From Planctomycetota bacterium (GTDB lineage: Bacteria > Planctomycetota > Planctomycetia > Pirellulales > UBA1268): DNA of 44,518 nucleotides. Below, piece after piece: positions 10,161 through 19,139 of this stretch (its first letter is position 1; the number at the start of each line of letters is the position of its first letter). Below the pieces are notes generated by a model. The model had not been told where the DNA came from. It ran no database searches and saw only the letters and a list, made by a program, of their open reading frames with translations. The stretch covers positions 1-44,518 of the forward strand of contig JAQCJP010000002.1 in the NCBI GenBank assembly GCA_027592945.1, written 5' to 3'. The position numbers were made by a program, and so were the translations under genes.

Positions 10161-11693
10161 ATGCGCCGCAGCCCGCTTGCCATCGGGATCGCCGAGCCAG
10201 CCGACATCAGCCTGCTGGGCCTGCTCGTCGGCATCTGGATGCTCAGCTCGATGACCGCGAGCCACGCCGCCCCCGGCGAGGCCGAGCAGCCGCCGGGCAA
10301 CGAGCCGATCCAACTGGAGCTCACACCGGCGGCCGACCGTGTTCTTCCGGCCCCGGCTCTTCCGCTGGCCCCGGTGGCTGAGGCCCTGCCCGCTCCCGAG
10401 GCATCGCCCACGCCGCTCCTCGATCCGCTCGACTTCGAAGCGCTCGTGCAGGCGGAGGTCCGTCGGCAGCTGGCGGCGACCCGGCGGGCGGCCTACACCC
10501 CTGCCACCGACACCGCCCCGCCCAAAGGCCTCAAGCTCTACGACGCCAAACAGACCGGCGGCTTTCCCTTCTCGGCCAACATCGACGGCTTCATGCAGGT
10601 TCGCTGGTTCGAGTTCGCCCGGGGTGCCACCGGCTATCAGAACGCCGCCGGCCAGTTCGAGCCGATCAGCAACATCAACTCCTTCAACATCAACCGGTTC
10701 ATGATCACGCCCTACGGCTACGTCGTCGACGAGCGGATCATCTGGTCGCTGACGCTGTTCGGCACCACCGACAATGGCAAGAACGACGCGATCGTGCCCC
10801 TCGGCGTCGTCGGCTGGAAGTTCAACGACAACCTCTCGATCACCGGCGGCACCACCTTCGTCGCCAGCACCCGCGAATGGATCATCTCCAACCGCTGGAT
10901 GCAGGGCGTCGACCGGAGCATGGCCAACACCTTCTTCCGCCCAAGTTACTCACCCGGTGTCGAAGCCAACGGCACCCTGGCCGACGACCGGCTGACCTAC
11001 CGGGCCGGCGTCTGGAACAGCATCCAGGGAGCCACCTCGGGCGTGCTCCGCAAGGGCACCTCGATGGCCTGGGCGGGCAACGTCTGGTGGGAGCCCAACG
11101 GACCCTTCGGCCTCGGCTATTCCGACATGGAGTACCACGACGATCCGGTCTGGCGGATCGGCACCAGCGGCCTGACCGCCCGCACCGAGGCGATCGACTC
11201 GGCCGGGGAGAATCCCGAAGACACGATCGTGCGGCTCTCCGACGGCACCCCGATCGCCCTGCCTAACGTCCTCGGCGCCGGCTCGACGGTCAACGAGTTT
11301 GATCTGTCGCTGGCCACGATTGACGCCGGCTGGAAGTACCGGGGCATCGCCCTCAACTTCGAGTACTACTTCCGGCTGATCGACAACCTGACCGGCGTCG
11401 GCACCTTCGACCGCTCGAGCCTCTACGACCAGGGGGGCCAGGCCTACGTCGCCTGGTGCGTCGTGCCGCGAACGTATGAGTTCTACGGCCGCTCCAGCGC
11501 CGTCACCGGACCATTCGGCACCGGTCAGGAATATGGTGGGGGCTTCAACTGGTACTGGTTCGGCTCACGGCAGAGCCGGTTCACCTTCGAGGCCCTCCAC
11601 ATCCTCCGCAGCCCCGCCGACAACATCCTCTACCCCTACCGGGCCGGCTACACGGGCACCGCGATCCAGACGCAGCTCTGCCTGATCTTCTAG
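10161..11693 (+). CDS. outer-membrane beta-barrel porin-like protein (phosphate-selective porin O/P-like)
   Basis: Signal-like N-terminus (MRRSPLAIGIAEPADISLLGLLVGIWMLSSMTASHA), a Pro/Ala-rich linker, and alternating beta-strand-like sequence. The C-terminus ends in Phe (TQLCLIF), as is typical of OMPs. The family assignment is tentative. Confidence 0.65.
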   Translation: MRRSPLAIGIAEPADISLLGLLVGIWMLSSMTASHAAPGEAEQPPGNEPIQLELTPAADRVLPAPALPLAPVAEALPAPEASPTPLLDPLDFEALVQAEVRRQLAATRRAAYTPATDTAPPKGLKLYDAKQTGGFPFSANIDGFMQVRWFEFARGATGYQNAAGQFEPISNINSFNINRFMITPYGYVVDERIIWSLTLFGTTDNGKNDAIVPLGVVGWKFNDNLSITGGTTFVASTREWIISNRWMQGVDRSMANTFFRPSYSPGVEANGTLADDRLTYRAGVWNSIQGATSGVLRKGTSMAWAGNVWWEPNGPFGLGYSDMEYHDDPVWRIGTSGLTARTEAIDSAGENPEDTIVRLSDGTPIALPNVLGAGSTVNEFDLSLATIDAGWKYRGIALNFEYYFRLIDNLTGVGTFDRSSLYDQGGQAYVAWCVVPRTYEFYGRSSAVTGPFGTGQEYGGGFNWYWFGSRQSRFTFEALHILRSPADNILYPYRAGYTGTAIQTQLCLIF

Positions 11694-11813
11694 CCGCGTG
11701 CTTCGCGGGGCTGGTCATCCTCGGCTTCCTCCAGGAGACTCGCGGACAGGGATTGCCGGGCTGCTCGCTCGGCGGCGGCTTCGCCGCACACGCGGACTTC
11801 TGGAGAATGAGCC

Positions 11814-12599
11814 ATGAGAAACGCTGTCTTGCCGTGGTGCCTGGCTGTCCTGCTCGGCGGGCCACTGCTGTCGGAGGCCATAGCGAAGCAGGCGTCGGTG
11901 ATGCCGCAGCCGGCTGACGACCTACCCGATACCGAACTGCCCGTCGCCACGCCGGAGTTTGTCGACCTCTTCAACGGCCGCGACCTGAGCGGCTGGGTCG
12001 ATGTCAACACCTCGCCGGAGACCTGGAGCGTCACGGACGGGCTGCTCGTCTGCAGCGGCCAGCCGATCGGCGTGATGCGGTCGGCGAAGCAGTACGAGAA
12101 CTTCATCCTCCACATCGAGTGGCGGCACATGCAGCCGGGCGGCAACTCGGGGGTGTTTGTCTGGAGCGACGGGCAGGTGCCGAAGGGCCGCCGGCTTCCC
12201 ACGGGGATGGAGGTGCAGATGCTCGAGCTCGACTGGATCAATCAGCATCCCCTCGGGAACGGAGCGGCGAACCACATCGGCTACATCTCGGGCGAGCTGT
12301 TCGGGGCGGGCGGCCTGCAGGCCACTCCCGACAACCCCCGCGGCGTCCGGAGCATGGCCCGCGAACTGCGGTGCAAGGGCCACGGCAAGTGGAACGTCTA
12401 CGACGTCGTCTGCGTCGATGGGACGGTGAAGCTGGCGATCAACGGGAAGTTCGTGAACTCGATCCGGAACTCATCGGTTCGGAAGGGCTACCTCTGCCTC
12501 GAATCGGAAGGCGCCGAGATCCACTTCCGCAGCATCCGGATCATGGAGCTGCCGCCGGGCATCACCACGCCGGAGCAGACCGCCGCGGTCGTGGACTAG
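11814..12599 (+). CDS. DUF1080 (3-keto-disaccharide hydrolase-like) secreted protein
   Basis: Signal peptide [19 protein letters not shown], then [14 protein letters not shown] and [12 protein letters not shown] blocks and EIHFRSIRI at the C-terminus. These are characteristic of DUF1080. Confidence 0.85.
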   Translation: MRNAVLPWCLAVLLGGPLLSEAIAKQASVMPQPADDLPDTELPVATPEFVDLFNGRDLSGWVDVNTSPETWSVTDGLLVCSGQPIGVMRSAKQYENFILHIEWRHMQPGGNSGVFVWSDGQVPKGRRLPTGMEVQMLELDWINQHPLGNGAANHIGYISGELFGAGGLQATPDNPRGVRSMARELRCKGHGKWNVYDVVCVDGTVKLAINGKFVNSIRNSSVRKGYLCLESEGAEIHFRSIRIMELPPGITTPEQTAAVVD

Positions 12600-12603
12600 T
12601 CGA

Positions 12604-12630
12604 GGATTCGCGGACTGGCGGCCCGAATCC
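12604..12630. terminator. GC-rich hairpin between convergent genes
   Basis: GGATTCG (12604-12610) pairs with CGAATCC (12624-12630). An alternative nested stem is GCGGCC/GGCCGC. It lies in the 45-nt gap between the DUF1080 stop and the stop of the minus-strand 12645 ORF. There is no clear U-tract. Confidence 0.35.
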
Positions 12631-12644
12631 GGCCGCACGCTCGC

Positions 12645-13061
12645 TCAGGCCGCCAGCCGCGGAGCGACAGCTTCGTCCTCGCCCGCGTCGGTCGCGTCGG
12701 CATCGGCGGTCGCATCAACTCCGCCGGCTACGTCGCTCCCCGCGGCGGCACCCTGCTCGTCATCGACCGCCAGCGTGCCGAGGAGGCCGTCGAGCAGGTC
12801 GGGCAGCGAGGAGAGGATGTTCACAAAGCCGAGCAGCATCACGCCGTGATGGGCGCCGAGTTCGAGGGCGGAGAGATCGGCCACGAGCGTGTCGATCGCC
12901 TCGTCGAGGCTGCTCGTCAGCAGCACGGTGCCGGTCAGGAACTTGATCCAGGGGCTCTCCGCCACCGCCCGCACGCCCCGGGCCACCGCCCGGTTGAATC
13001 GCCGCAAAAGCGACATCCGCTGACGCGGCGGTCGGGAGGCTGCGGTGTTCACGACGACCAT
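12645..13061 (-). CDS. hypothetical small protein with hydrophobic core and acidic Asp/Ala-rich C-terminal tail
   Basis: 138-aa ORF. An alternative ATG at 13016 gives MSLLRRFNRAV.... It has hydrophobic helices (WIKFLTGTVLLTSSL, GVMLLGFVNILSSL) and the tail DVAGGVDATADADATDAGEDEA. I recognise no family. Confidence 0.5.
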   Translation of the reverse strand: MVVVNTAASRPPRQRMSLLRRFNRAVARGVRAVAESPWIKFLTGTVLLTSSLDEAIDTLVADLSALELGAHHGVMLLGFVNILSSLPDLLDGLLGTLAVDDEQGAAAGSDVAGGVDATADADATDAGEDEAVAPRLAA

Positions 13062-13079
13062 CTCGAGACGAGGAAACAG

Positions 13080-13120
13080 GGCCCGGCGGGCCGAGACGAA
13101 TAGCTGAACCCCGCCGGGCC
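13080..13120 (-). terminator. putative intrinsic terminator downstream of the ClC gene
   Basis: An 11-bp perfect stem, GGCCCGGCGGG (13080-13090) with CCCGCCGGGCC (13110-13120), encloses a 19-nt loop and begins 3 nt after the ClC stop. On the minus strand it is followed by a T-rich run (CTGTTTCCT). Confidence 0.5.
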
Positions 13121-13122
13121 GG

Positions 13123-14493
13123 TCAAGGCGACCGCGGGGTCACAATCGGGGGCGGGAAAGCCCAACGGCCCGCCGTCCCACCGGCTCCCGCCGGGGGGTG
13201 CTCGTGGCTGTCCGCGTGAATCCGGCCCAAGGCCGCGTAGAGATCGGGCTGCCTGCAGATGTCGAGCAGCCAGTGGGAGGCGAGATAGGCGATCGAGATC
13301 TCGAGCAGGCAGGCGTAGGTGCCGGTGATCTCGACCGCCATGATCATCGCCGTCAGCGGCGTGCGAAACAGCCCGCCGATGCTGGCGGCCATTCCTGCCA
13401 CCAGGCAGACGGCGTGGAAGTCGGGCTCGATCGGGGTCACCAGCCGATCGAAGGCGGTCGCGAAGGCCTGCCCGGCGAGTACGCCAAACAACAGGGCCGG
13501 CACGATCAGCCCGCCGGGAGCCCCCGTCGCGTAGCTGACGGCCGTCAGCGGAATCCGAGCGGCGAGCGCCGCCAACGCCACCGCGAAGGTCATCTCGCCG
13601 GTGATCGCCTGATGGAAGAGCGGGTGGCCGATGCCCAGCACCTCAGGCCAGAGGAAGAGAATTCCGCCGAGCAGGCAGCCCCAGATGCCGGTCAGCCCGA
13701 TGGCGGTCGCGTCCTGCCGGCCGAGCCGGTGAAACCAGCGGGCCAGCCTCAGCAGGATCGCCTGAAAGGCGATCACGACCAGCCCCGTCCAGAGGCCGAC
13801 CACCGCGAAGGTCGGCAGCTCGTGCCAGTCGCGGAAGCCCTCCAGGGGAATCGGCAGCTCGAGCACCGGCCCGTGAAAGACCCGGCAGGTCCAGTCGGCG
13901 ACCGCCGAAACGAGAATCGTCTCGAAGCAGTTGCGGATCGTGAAGGGCTGGCGAAGCAGTTCGAAGGAGAAGACGACGCCGGAGAGCGGCGCGTTGAAGG
14001 CGGCCGCCAGACCGGCTGCTGCTCCCAAGCTCACGGCCCGCTGCCGGAAGAGAACCAGCCGCGGCCCGTGCCGCCGCAGGAGCACCGCCATCATCGCCCC
14101 GATCTGGACGCTCGGCCCCTCGCGGCCCAGCGGCATCCCCGAGGCGAGCCCGCAGAAGCCCGCCACGAACTTCACCCAGAGCACCCGGAAGGCGGCGACC
14201 CGGCCCGCGGTCCGGGGGGCCTCGAGCACGGCGGCGATCCCGCTTCCCTCGGCCTCCGGGGCGACCTTCCGCACGAGGGCCACGGCCATTGCAGCCAGCA
14301 GGCCGCAGGCCAGGATCACCCCGACGGTCGCCAACCAGCCGTGCCCCGCAGCGAGGACGGCCAGTTCGGCCCGGGTCTCCTCGGCCAGGTTCATCGCCGC
14401 GTGGAAGGCCACCGCGATGCCGCCGGCACAGACGCCGATCAGGATCGTGCCGGCCTGATGCCGCAGCGCGGCCAGCGAGGTCGAGTGCTGCAT
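13123..14493 (-). CDS. ClC-family voltage-gated chloride channel / H+-Cl- antiporter
   Basis: Selectivity-filter motifs EAEGSGIAAV (GSGI), GREGPSVQIG and GGLIVPALLFG, with many TM helices. I prefer the start at MQHSTSL (ATG 14493-14491). The track start at 14592 would overlap the divergent GT gene. Confidence 0.9.
   Translation of the reverse strand: MQHSTSLAALRHQAGTILIGVCAGGIAVAFHAAMNLAEETRAELAVLAAGHGWLATVGVILACGLLAAMAVALVRKVAPEAEGSGIAAVLEAPRTAGRVAAFRVLWVKFVAGFCGLASGMPLGREGPSVQIGAMMAVLLRRHGPRLVLFRQRAVSLGAAAGLAAAFNAPLSGVVFSFELLRQPFTIRNCFETILVSAVADWTCRVFHGPVLELPIPLEGFRDWHELPTFAVVGLWTGLVVIAFQAILLRLARWFHRLGRQDATAIGLTGIWGCLLGGILFLWPEVLGIGHPLFHQAITGEMTFAVALAALAARIPLTAVSYATGAPGGLIVPALLFGVLAGQAFATAFDRLVTPIEPDFHAVCLVAGMAASIGGLFRTPLTAMIMAVEITGTYACLLEISIAYLASHWLLDICRQPDLYAALGRIHADSHEHPPAGAGGTAGRWAFPPPIVTPRSP
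13161..13198 (+). repeat. copy A of a 38-nt GC-rich palindromic repeat
   Basis: cccaacggcccgccgtcccAccggctcCcgccgggggg matches 36503-36540 at 36 of 38 positions. It lies inside the last ~25 codons of the minus-strand ClC ORF. Confidence 0.8.
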
Positions 14494-14597
14494 GGCCGGA
14501 AGTGTAGCCGGAACGGCAAAAAACGTGGCTTGTCGACCGCTGGCGGCTGACGTGAAGATGGGTGGCTCAGGGAAAGAAGAGCGAGCAAGCAAAGACC

Positions 14598-15755
14598 ATG
14601 GCTGACCACCTGCCCCGCATCGTCATCGACCTGGAAAAGCTCCGGCACATCAACTGTGGGCTGGGCCGGTTTTCCCTCCATCTCGGCACGGAGCTCCTCC
14701 GGGTGGCCCCCGGGAGGTTTCAGCCGGTCTTCTTCCTGCCACCCGGTGCCGACCGCTACTTTCCCTCGGGCGGCTTTGAGCAGATCGCCGTGGCTGCCTG
14801 GAAGAAAGAGGCCTTCCGGGGACTGGCCCGCCCGCTCATGCGGCCGTTCCTGCCCGAGCCCGAGATCGCGCTGTGGCACGTCACCAACCAGATGTCGAAG
14901 TATCTGCCGCTCGACCCGCGGGTCCCGGTGGTGCTCACCATCCACGATCTCAACTTCCTGCACGAGGCGCCCCATGACGAGCAGGTGGGCAAGATCGCCC
15001 GCAAGCTCGCCGACATCCAGATCAAGATCGACCGGGCTGCGGCCGTGGTCACCGACTCGCAGTTCGTCGCCGACGATGTGGCCAGCCGGCTCCGCCTTGG
15101 AGGCCGGCCGATTCACGTCGTGCCGCTGGGGCTCTCGCCGCCGCCTGCCCCGGCAGCCAGCCGGCCGGCCTGGCTACCGCCGGGGGCGTTCCTGCTCACG
15201 GTCGGCAACTGCCTGGCCCATAAGAACTTTCACGTCCTCCTCGACCTGATCGAACGGCTGCCCGACCGGCGGCTGGTGATCGCCGGCAAGAAGGCAACCC
15301 CCTACGGCGACTTCCTCAGCCGGGAGATCTCCCGGCGTCGCTTGGAGGGGCGGGCGATTCTCCCGGGGGAGGTCAGCGACGCCGACCGCCAGTGGCTCTA
15401 TGAGAACTGCGAGGCCTTTCTGTTTCCCTCGCTCACCGAAGGCTTCGGCTTTCCGGTGCTCGAGGCGATGGAGGCGGGCCAGCCGGTCTTCATGGCCCGG
15501 ACGACCTGCCTGCCGGAGATCGCCGGCGAGCACGGCTTCTACCTCGACTCCTTCGATCCGACCGCCATGGTCGCTGCCTTTGCCGCCGGCATGGAGACCT
15601 TCGCGGCCGATCCCGAGTTTGCCGATCGGGCCCGGGCTCATGCTTCGACCTACTCCTGGGGAGCCACCGCCCGGGGCTACGCCCGGGTGTATGAGTCGGT
15701 CGTGGGGGTTTCGGCCGAGAAAAACGGTGTTTCTCGGGTGTCGGCCGGTTGCTAG
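14598..15755 (+). CDS. GT-B fold glycosyltransferase (GT4-like)
   Basis: The C-terminal domain carries FPSLTEGFGFPVLEAMEAGQPVF (the E-x7-E type GT4 motif). The N-terminus RIVIDLEKLRHINCGLGRF is typical of this family. I prefer the ATG at 14598 over the GTG at 14562. Confidence 0.85.
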   Translation: MADHLPRIVIDLEKLRHINCGLGRFSLHLGTELLRVAPGRFQPVFFLPPGADRYFPSGGFEQIAVAAWKKEAFRGLARPLMRPFLPEPEIALWHVTNQMSKYLPLDPRVPVVLTIHDLNFLHEAPHDEQVGKIARKLADIQIKIDRAAAVVTDSQFVADDVASRLRLGGRPIHVVPLGLSPPPAPAASRPAWLPPGAFLLTVGNCLAHKNFHVLLDLIERLPDRRLVIAGKKATPYGDFLSREISRRRLEGRAILPGEVSDADRQWLYENCEAFLFPSLTEGFGFPVLEAMEAGQPVFMARTTCLPEIAGEHGFYLDSFDPTAMVAAFAAGMETFAADPEFADRARAHASTYSWGATARGYARVYESVVGVSAEKNGVSRVSAGC

Positions 15756-15764
15756 TCTCCCCCC

Positions 15765-15791
15765 GGCGTTTGCGGGAGTCCCGCCAACGCC
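15765..15791 (+). other. near-perfect 27-nt palindrome directly after the GT stop codon
   Basis: GGCGTT-T-GCGGGA-G-TCCCGC-C-AACGCC. The outer 6-bp and inner 6-bp arms are exact reverse complements. It may be an intercistronic stem-loop or protein-binding site. No U-tract follows. Confidence 0.35.
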
Positions 15792-15864
15792 GAATCTGCC
15801 GCAGCCGCCCCGGCCAGCGTCTCTTGCCCAGCACGAGACTCGCTCGCCATCGGGTGGCAGGGCA

Positions 15865-16827
15865 GTGACAGGGAGGCAGATCGACGTGGCAGCGCTTGCA
15901 ACCAAAGTCCGGCGGTGGCTCAAACCGCTCGTGGGTGGTCCGGCCGTGCGGCCGCATCGGCTCCGCCGTGACCGGCCCGAACTGCATCTCCGCGGGCCTC
16001 GCCGCGATGACTCCCGCCAGCTCGTCTCACAGCTCTGTCGGTTCGGGACCCTCAACTCCGACACCTTCCGCCATTGGGCGGTGGTCCTGGGCGAGCCTTG
16101 GCGGCCCCACCGCAAGCTCTGGGAACTCGCCTTCATCTGTCAGGCGCTCGAGGAACGCGACATGCTCCGGCCCGGCCGCCGAGGGCTCGGCTTCGCCGTC
16201 GGCGCCGAGAAGCTCCCGGCGGTTTTTGCCGCCCGCGGCTGCGAGATCACCGCCACCGACCTGCCCGCCGATGACGAGCGGCGGAATCCCTGGGCCGATT
16301 CCGGGCAGTGGGTGGGGGAACGAGACGCCCTCAATGCCGCCGGCCTCTGCGAGGCCGAGGCCTTCCGGGAGCGGGTCTCGTTTCGCCCGGTCGATATGAA
16401 CGACGTGCCGGCCGATCTCACCGGCTACGACTTCACCTGGTCGACCTGCTCCTTCGAGCACTGCGGCTCCCTCCAGCTCGGCCTCGACTTTCTGGAGCGG
16501 CAGATGGACTGCCTCCGGCCGGGCGGAGTGGCCGTGCACACGACCGAGTTCAATCTCTCGAGCAACGACGCCACCCTCGCCGACGGCCCGTGCGTCATCT
16601 ATCGGCTCCGCGACATGGAGCAGGTCTGCGGCCGGCTCACCGCCCAAGGCCACACGGTTGAGCCGCTCGACGTTCATCCCGGCCGCCATCGGCTCGATCG
16701 ATTCGTCGATCAGCCCCCCTTCTGCGATTGGGGCTCCACGCCGCCGCCCAAGGTCAAGCATCTCCGGCTCGAACTGGCCGGCCATGCCTCCACCTCGATC
16801 GCCCTGGTGATCCGCAAGGCTCCCTGA
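15865..16827 (+). CDS. class I SAM-dependent methyltransferase
   Basis: GLGFAVGAEKLPAVFAARGCEITATDL (motif I and acidic loop) and LRPGGVAVHTTEF (motif III-like). The track ORF begins at 15400 but overlaps the GT by 355 nt. There is no in-frame ATG before the conserved region, so a GTG start near 15865 (VTGRQID) is assumed and the start is uncertain. Confidence 0.7.
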   Translation: MTGRQIDVAALATKVRRWLKPLVGGPAVRPHRLRRDRPELHLRGPRRDDSRQLVSQLCRFGTLNSDTFRHWAVVLGEPWRPHRKLWELAFICQALEERDMLRPGRRGLGFAVGAEKLPAVFAARGCEITATDLPADDERRNPWADSGQWVGERDALNAAGLCEAEAFRERVSFRPVDMNDVPADLTGYDFTWSTCSFEHCGSLQLGLDFLERQMDCLRPGGVAVHTTEFNLSSNDATLADGPCVIYRLRDMEQVCGRLTAQGHTVEPLDVHPGRHRLDRFVDQPPFCDWGSTPPPKVKHLRLELAGHASTSIALVIRKAP

Positions 16828-16866
16828 CTACCCTCCCTCACCCTCGTCACCAACCCGCCGCCCATA

Positions 16867-17601
16867 ATGATCTCCTACGCCCAGAACTTCGAAGACGTGA
16901 TCCTTCAGCGGGTCTTTCACAATGTCGATCAGGGTCGCTACGTCGACATTGGCGGCTTCGACCCCCAGATCGATTCGGTCACCAAGCACTTCTATGACCG
17001 CGGCTGGTCAGGGGTGAACGTGGAACCTGTCAAACGGTTCCACGAGAAGTTTGAGCAGGCCCGACCCCGCGACTGGAATCTCAACGTCGTCTGCGGGCCC
17101 GAGGTCGGCAGCGTCGCCTTCCACGAGTGGGGCGACTCCGGCCTCTCGACCTACTGCGAGACCTTCGACCCCAAGGCCGTGGCCGGATTCGGCTTTGAAC
17201 GGTCGACCCACACCGTCCCGATGACGACGCTGGCCGAGATCGCCAAGCAGCTTCCTCCCGGCGAGGTCGAGTTTTTGAAAATCGACGTCGAAGGGGCCGA
17301 GCGGGACGTGCTCCTGGGCAACGACTGGCGCTCGTTTCGGCCGCGGGTGATCCTCCTGGAAGCGATCAAACCCAAGCTGCCCGGCTGCGATCCCTACTCC
17401 TACGAGCCAGCCTGGTTCGACTGGGAAGGCATCCTCTTCCAACACGGCTACGAGTTTGCCCTCTTCGACGGCCTCAATCGCTTCTACCACCGCCGCGAGG
17501 AGCCCAGCCTGCGGATGCCGCTTTCCTACCCGGCCAACGTGACCGACGGCTTCACGCTCGTGCCAGGACACTTCCTCTCGCAGCCCCCCCAGGCCGCCTG
17601 A
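16867..17601 (+). CDS. FkbM-family methyltransferase
   Basis: MISYAQNFEDVIL, YVDIGGFDPQIDSVTKHFYDRGWSGVNVEP and FLKIDVEGAERDVL are characteristic FkbM-family blocks. Confidence 0.85.
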   Translation: MISYAQNFEDVILQRVFHNVDQGRYVDIGGFDPQIDSVTKHFYDRGWSGVNVEPVKRFHEKFEQARPRDWNLNVVCGPEVGSVAFHEWGDSGLSTYCETFDPKAVAGFGFERSTHTVPMTTLAEIAKQLPPGEVEFLKIDVEGAERDVLLGNDWRSFRPRVILLEAIKPKLPGCDPYSYEPAWFDWEGILFQHGYEFALFDGLNRFYHRREEPSLRMPLSYPANVTDGFTLVPGHFLSQPPQAA

Positions 17602-17650
17602 ACCAAGACCACCGCCACCACCCCGAGCCCACATCCGAGAGCCTTCTTCC

Positions 17651-19099
17651 GTGACAACCTGGTACGACGTCTCCGACCTGACCACCTGGACGCTGCCCCA
17701 CCTGACGGGCATTCAGCGGACGACCGTCGGCATCCTCCAGGGGCTCGTCGACCGCGGGCTCGACCTGCGGCTCGTGGAGTTCGACCAGGACTGCGGTAGC
17801 TTCGTGCCGATCGAGGCGGCTGCCCTCCCCCCTGCGGTCCAGCGGCACCTCCCCTGGCCCGCCGAATCAGTCAGCGACAGCTGCCAGCCCATGGAAGCGG
17901 CCTCGCCACAGCCATCGATCCAGCGACGGAAGAAGCGGCTGATCAGTCGTGACACGATCTTCGGCACCAGCCCGGCCGCCGCCGAACTGCGGCTTGCATT
18001 CCGGGAGTTCAAGCAGGCCTCGCGGCAGCTCCGCAAGCGGCTTCGCCGCTGGGCCAGCGTCCGGTTCTTTGTGGGCCGCCGGCCGCTGCCGTCTCTGCGG
18101 CCGGCACTCCGCGGCGGCGGTCACACCCGTCCGGTGACGACACCTGTCATCTCGGCCGGCGGGCCCATCGGCCCTGGCGACGTGCTGCTCTCGCTGGGCG
18201 CCTCCTGGCCGATTGCCGGCCATGCCGAGGCTGCCGCCGCCCTGCGGCGACAAGGTGTCACCGTGCTGCGAATGATCTACGACCTGATCCCGGTCATCAA
18301 GCCGCAGTGGGTCGACGAGCAGACCGTCAAGGAGGTGACCACCTGGGCCCGCAACGTGCTGACCGAATCGACCAGCGTGCTCACGATCTCGGAGTTCTCC
18401 CGCCGAGAGATCGAGCGATACTGCGAGGAAAGCCGCTTCGCCACCCCCCCCGTCGCGGTCGTCCGGCTCGGCGACACGCTGCCCTCGGGCGACGAGCCGA
18501 CGCCTCCCCTGCCTCGGTTCGTTCCCCGCAGGCCGTTCTTTGTCTGTGTCTCGACGCTTGATGTCCGCAAGAATCATCGGCTGCTCTACGACGCTTGGCA
18601 GGTGCTGGCCGCCCGCGATCCCGAGAGCTGTCCCGATCTGGTCTGCCTGGGCGTGCCCCACGTGTTTGTCACCGATCTGCTACGGGAGATTCGCCACGAT
18701 CGAACCGTCAATGGACGCATCCACCTGCTGCACGGCGTCGAAGACACCGAACTGGCGTGGTACTACCGGCATTGCGCCGCCACGATCTACCCGTCGCGGT
18801 ATGAAGGCTGGGGCCTTCCGGTGGCCGAGAGCCTCGGGCACGGACGGCTCTGCCTGGCCTCCGAAGCCACCAGCATTCCCGAGATCAGCAGCGACTTACC
18901 GGCGTTCTTTGACCCCTTTGACGTCCACGGACTGGTTCGGCTGATCGACAAGACCCTGGCCGAGCCCGAGTGGGTACGGCAGCGGGAAGCGACGATCCGC
19001 GAGCAGTTTCAGCCCACACCCTGGACCCACACCGCCGACCAGGTGCTGGCGGCAATCACGGCGGCGGGCCACCAGCTCGACGGTCGCTCGGCCGCCTGA
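17651..19099 (+). CDS. GT-B glycosyltransferase (GT4-like, O-antigen mannosyl/rhamnosyltransferase type)
   Basis: GTG start. The N-terminus is WYDVSDLTTWTLPHLTGIQRTTVGIL and the C-terminal catalytic motif is YPSRYEGWGLPVAESLGHG. A ~150-aa Arg/Pro-rich low-complexity insert lies between the N-terminus and the core. Confidence 0.85.
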   Translation: MTTWYDVSDLTTWTLPHLTGIQRTTVGILQGLVDRGLDLRLVEFDQDCGSFVPIEAAALPPAVQRHLPWPAESVSDSCQPMEAASPQPSIQRRKKRLISRDTIFGTSPAAAELRLAFREFKQASRQLRKRLRRWASVRFFVGRRPLPSLRPALRGGGHTRPVTTPVISAGGPIGPGDVLLSLGASWPIAGHAEAAAALRRQGVTVLRMIYDLIPVIKPQWVDEQTVKEVTTWARNVLTESTSVLTISEFSRREIERYCEESRFATPPVAVVRLGDTLPSGDEPTPPLPRFVPRRPFFVCVSTLDVRKNHRLLYDAWQVLAARDPESCPDLVCLGVPHVFVTDLLREIRHDRTVNGRIHLLHGVEDTELAWYYRHCAATIYPSRYEGWGLPVAESLGHGRLCLASEATSIPEISSDLPAFFDPFDVHGLVRLIDKTLAEPEWVRQREATIREQFQPTPWTHTADQVLAAITAAGHQLDGRSAA

Positions 19100-19139
19100 C
19101 CCGGCGGCGAGCCCCCACAGCGGAAGGACACCCCACGGC

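Noticed and set aside
14494-14597. Possible fluoride riboswitch upstream of the ClC gene
   Set aside because: The channel has canonical GSGI/GREGP filter motifs rather than the CLC-F type. I could not find the conserved crcB-motif pseudoknot sequence in the ~100-nt leader.
15400-15864. Long N-terminal extension of the methyltransferase ORF, overlapping the upstream GT gene by 355 nt
   Set aside because: The overlap lies out of frame within a well-supported GT C-terminal domain, and the extension is low-complexity Pro/Arg/Ser sequence. A downstream GTG start is more plausible.
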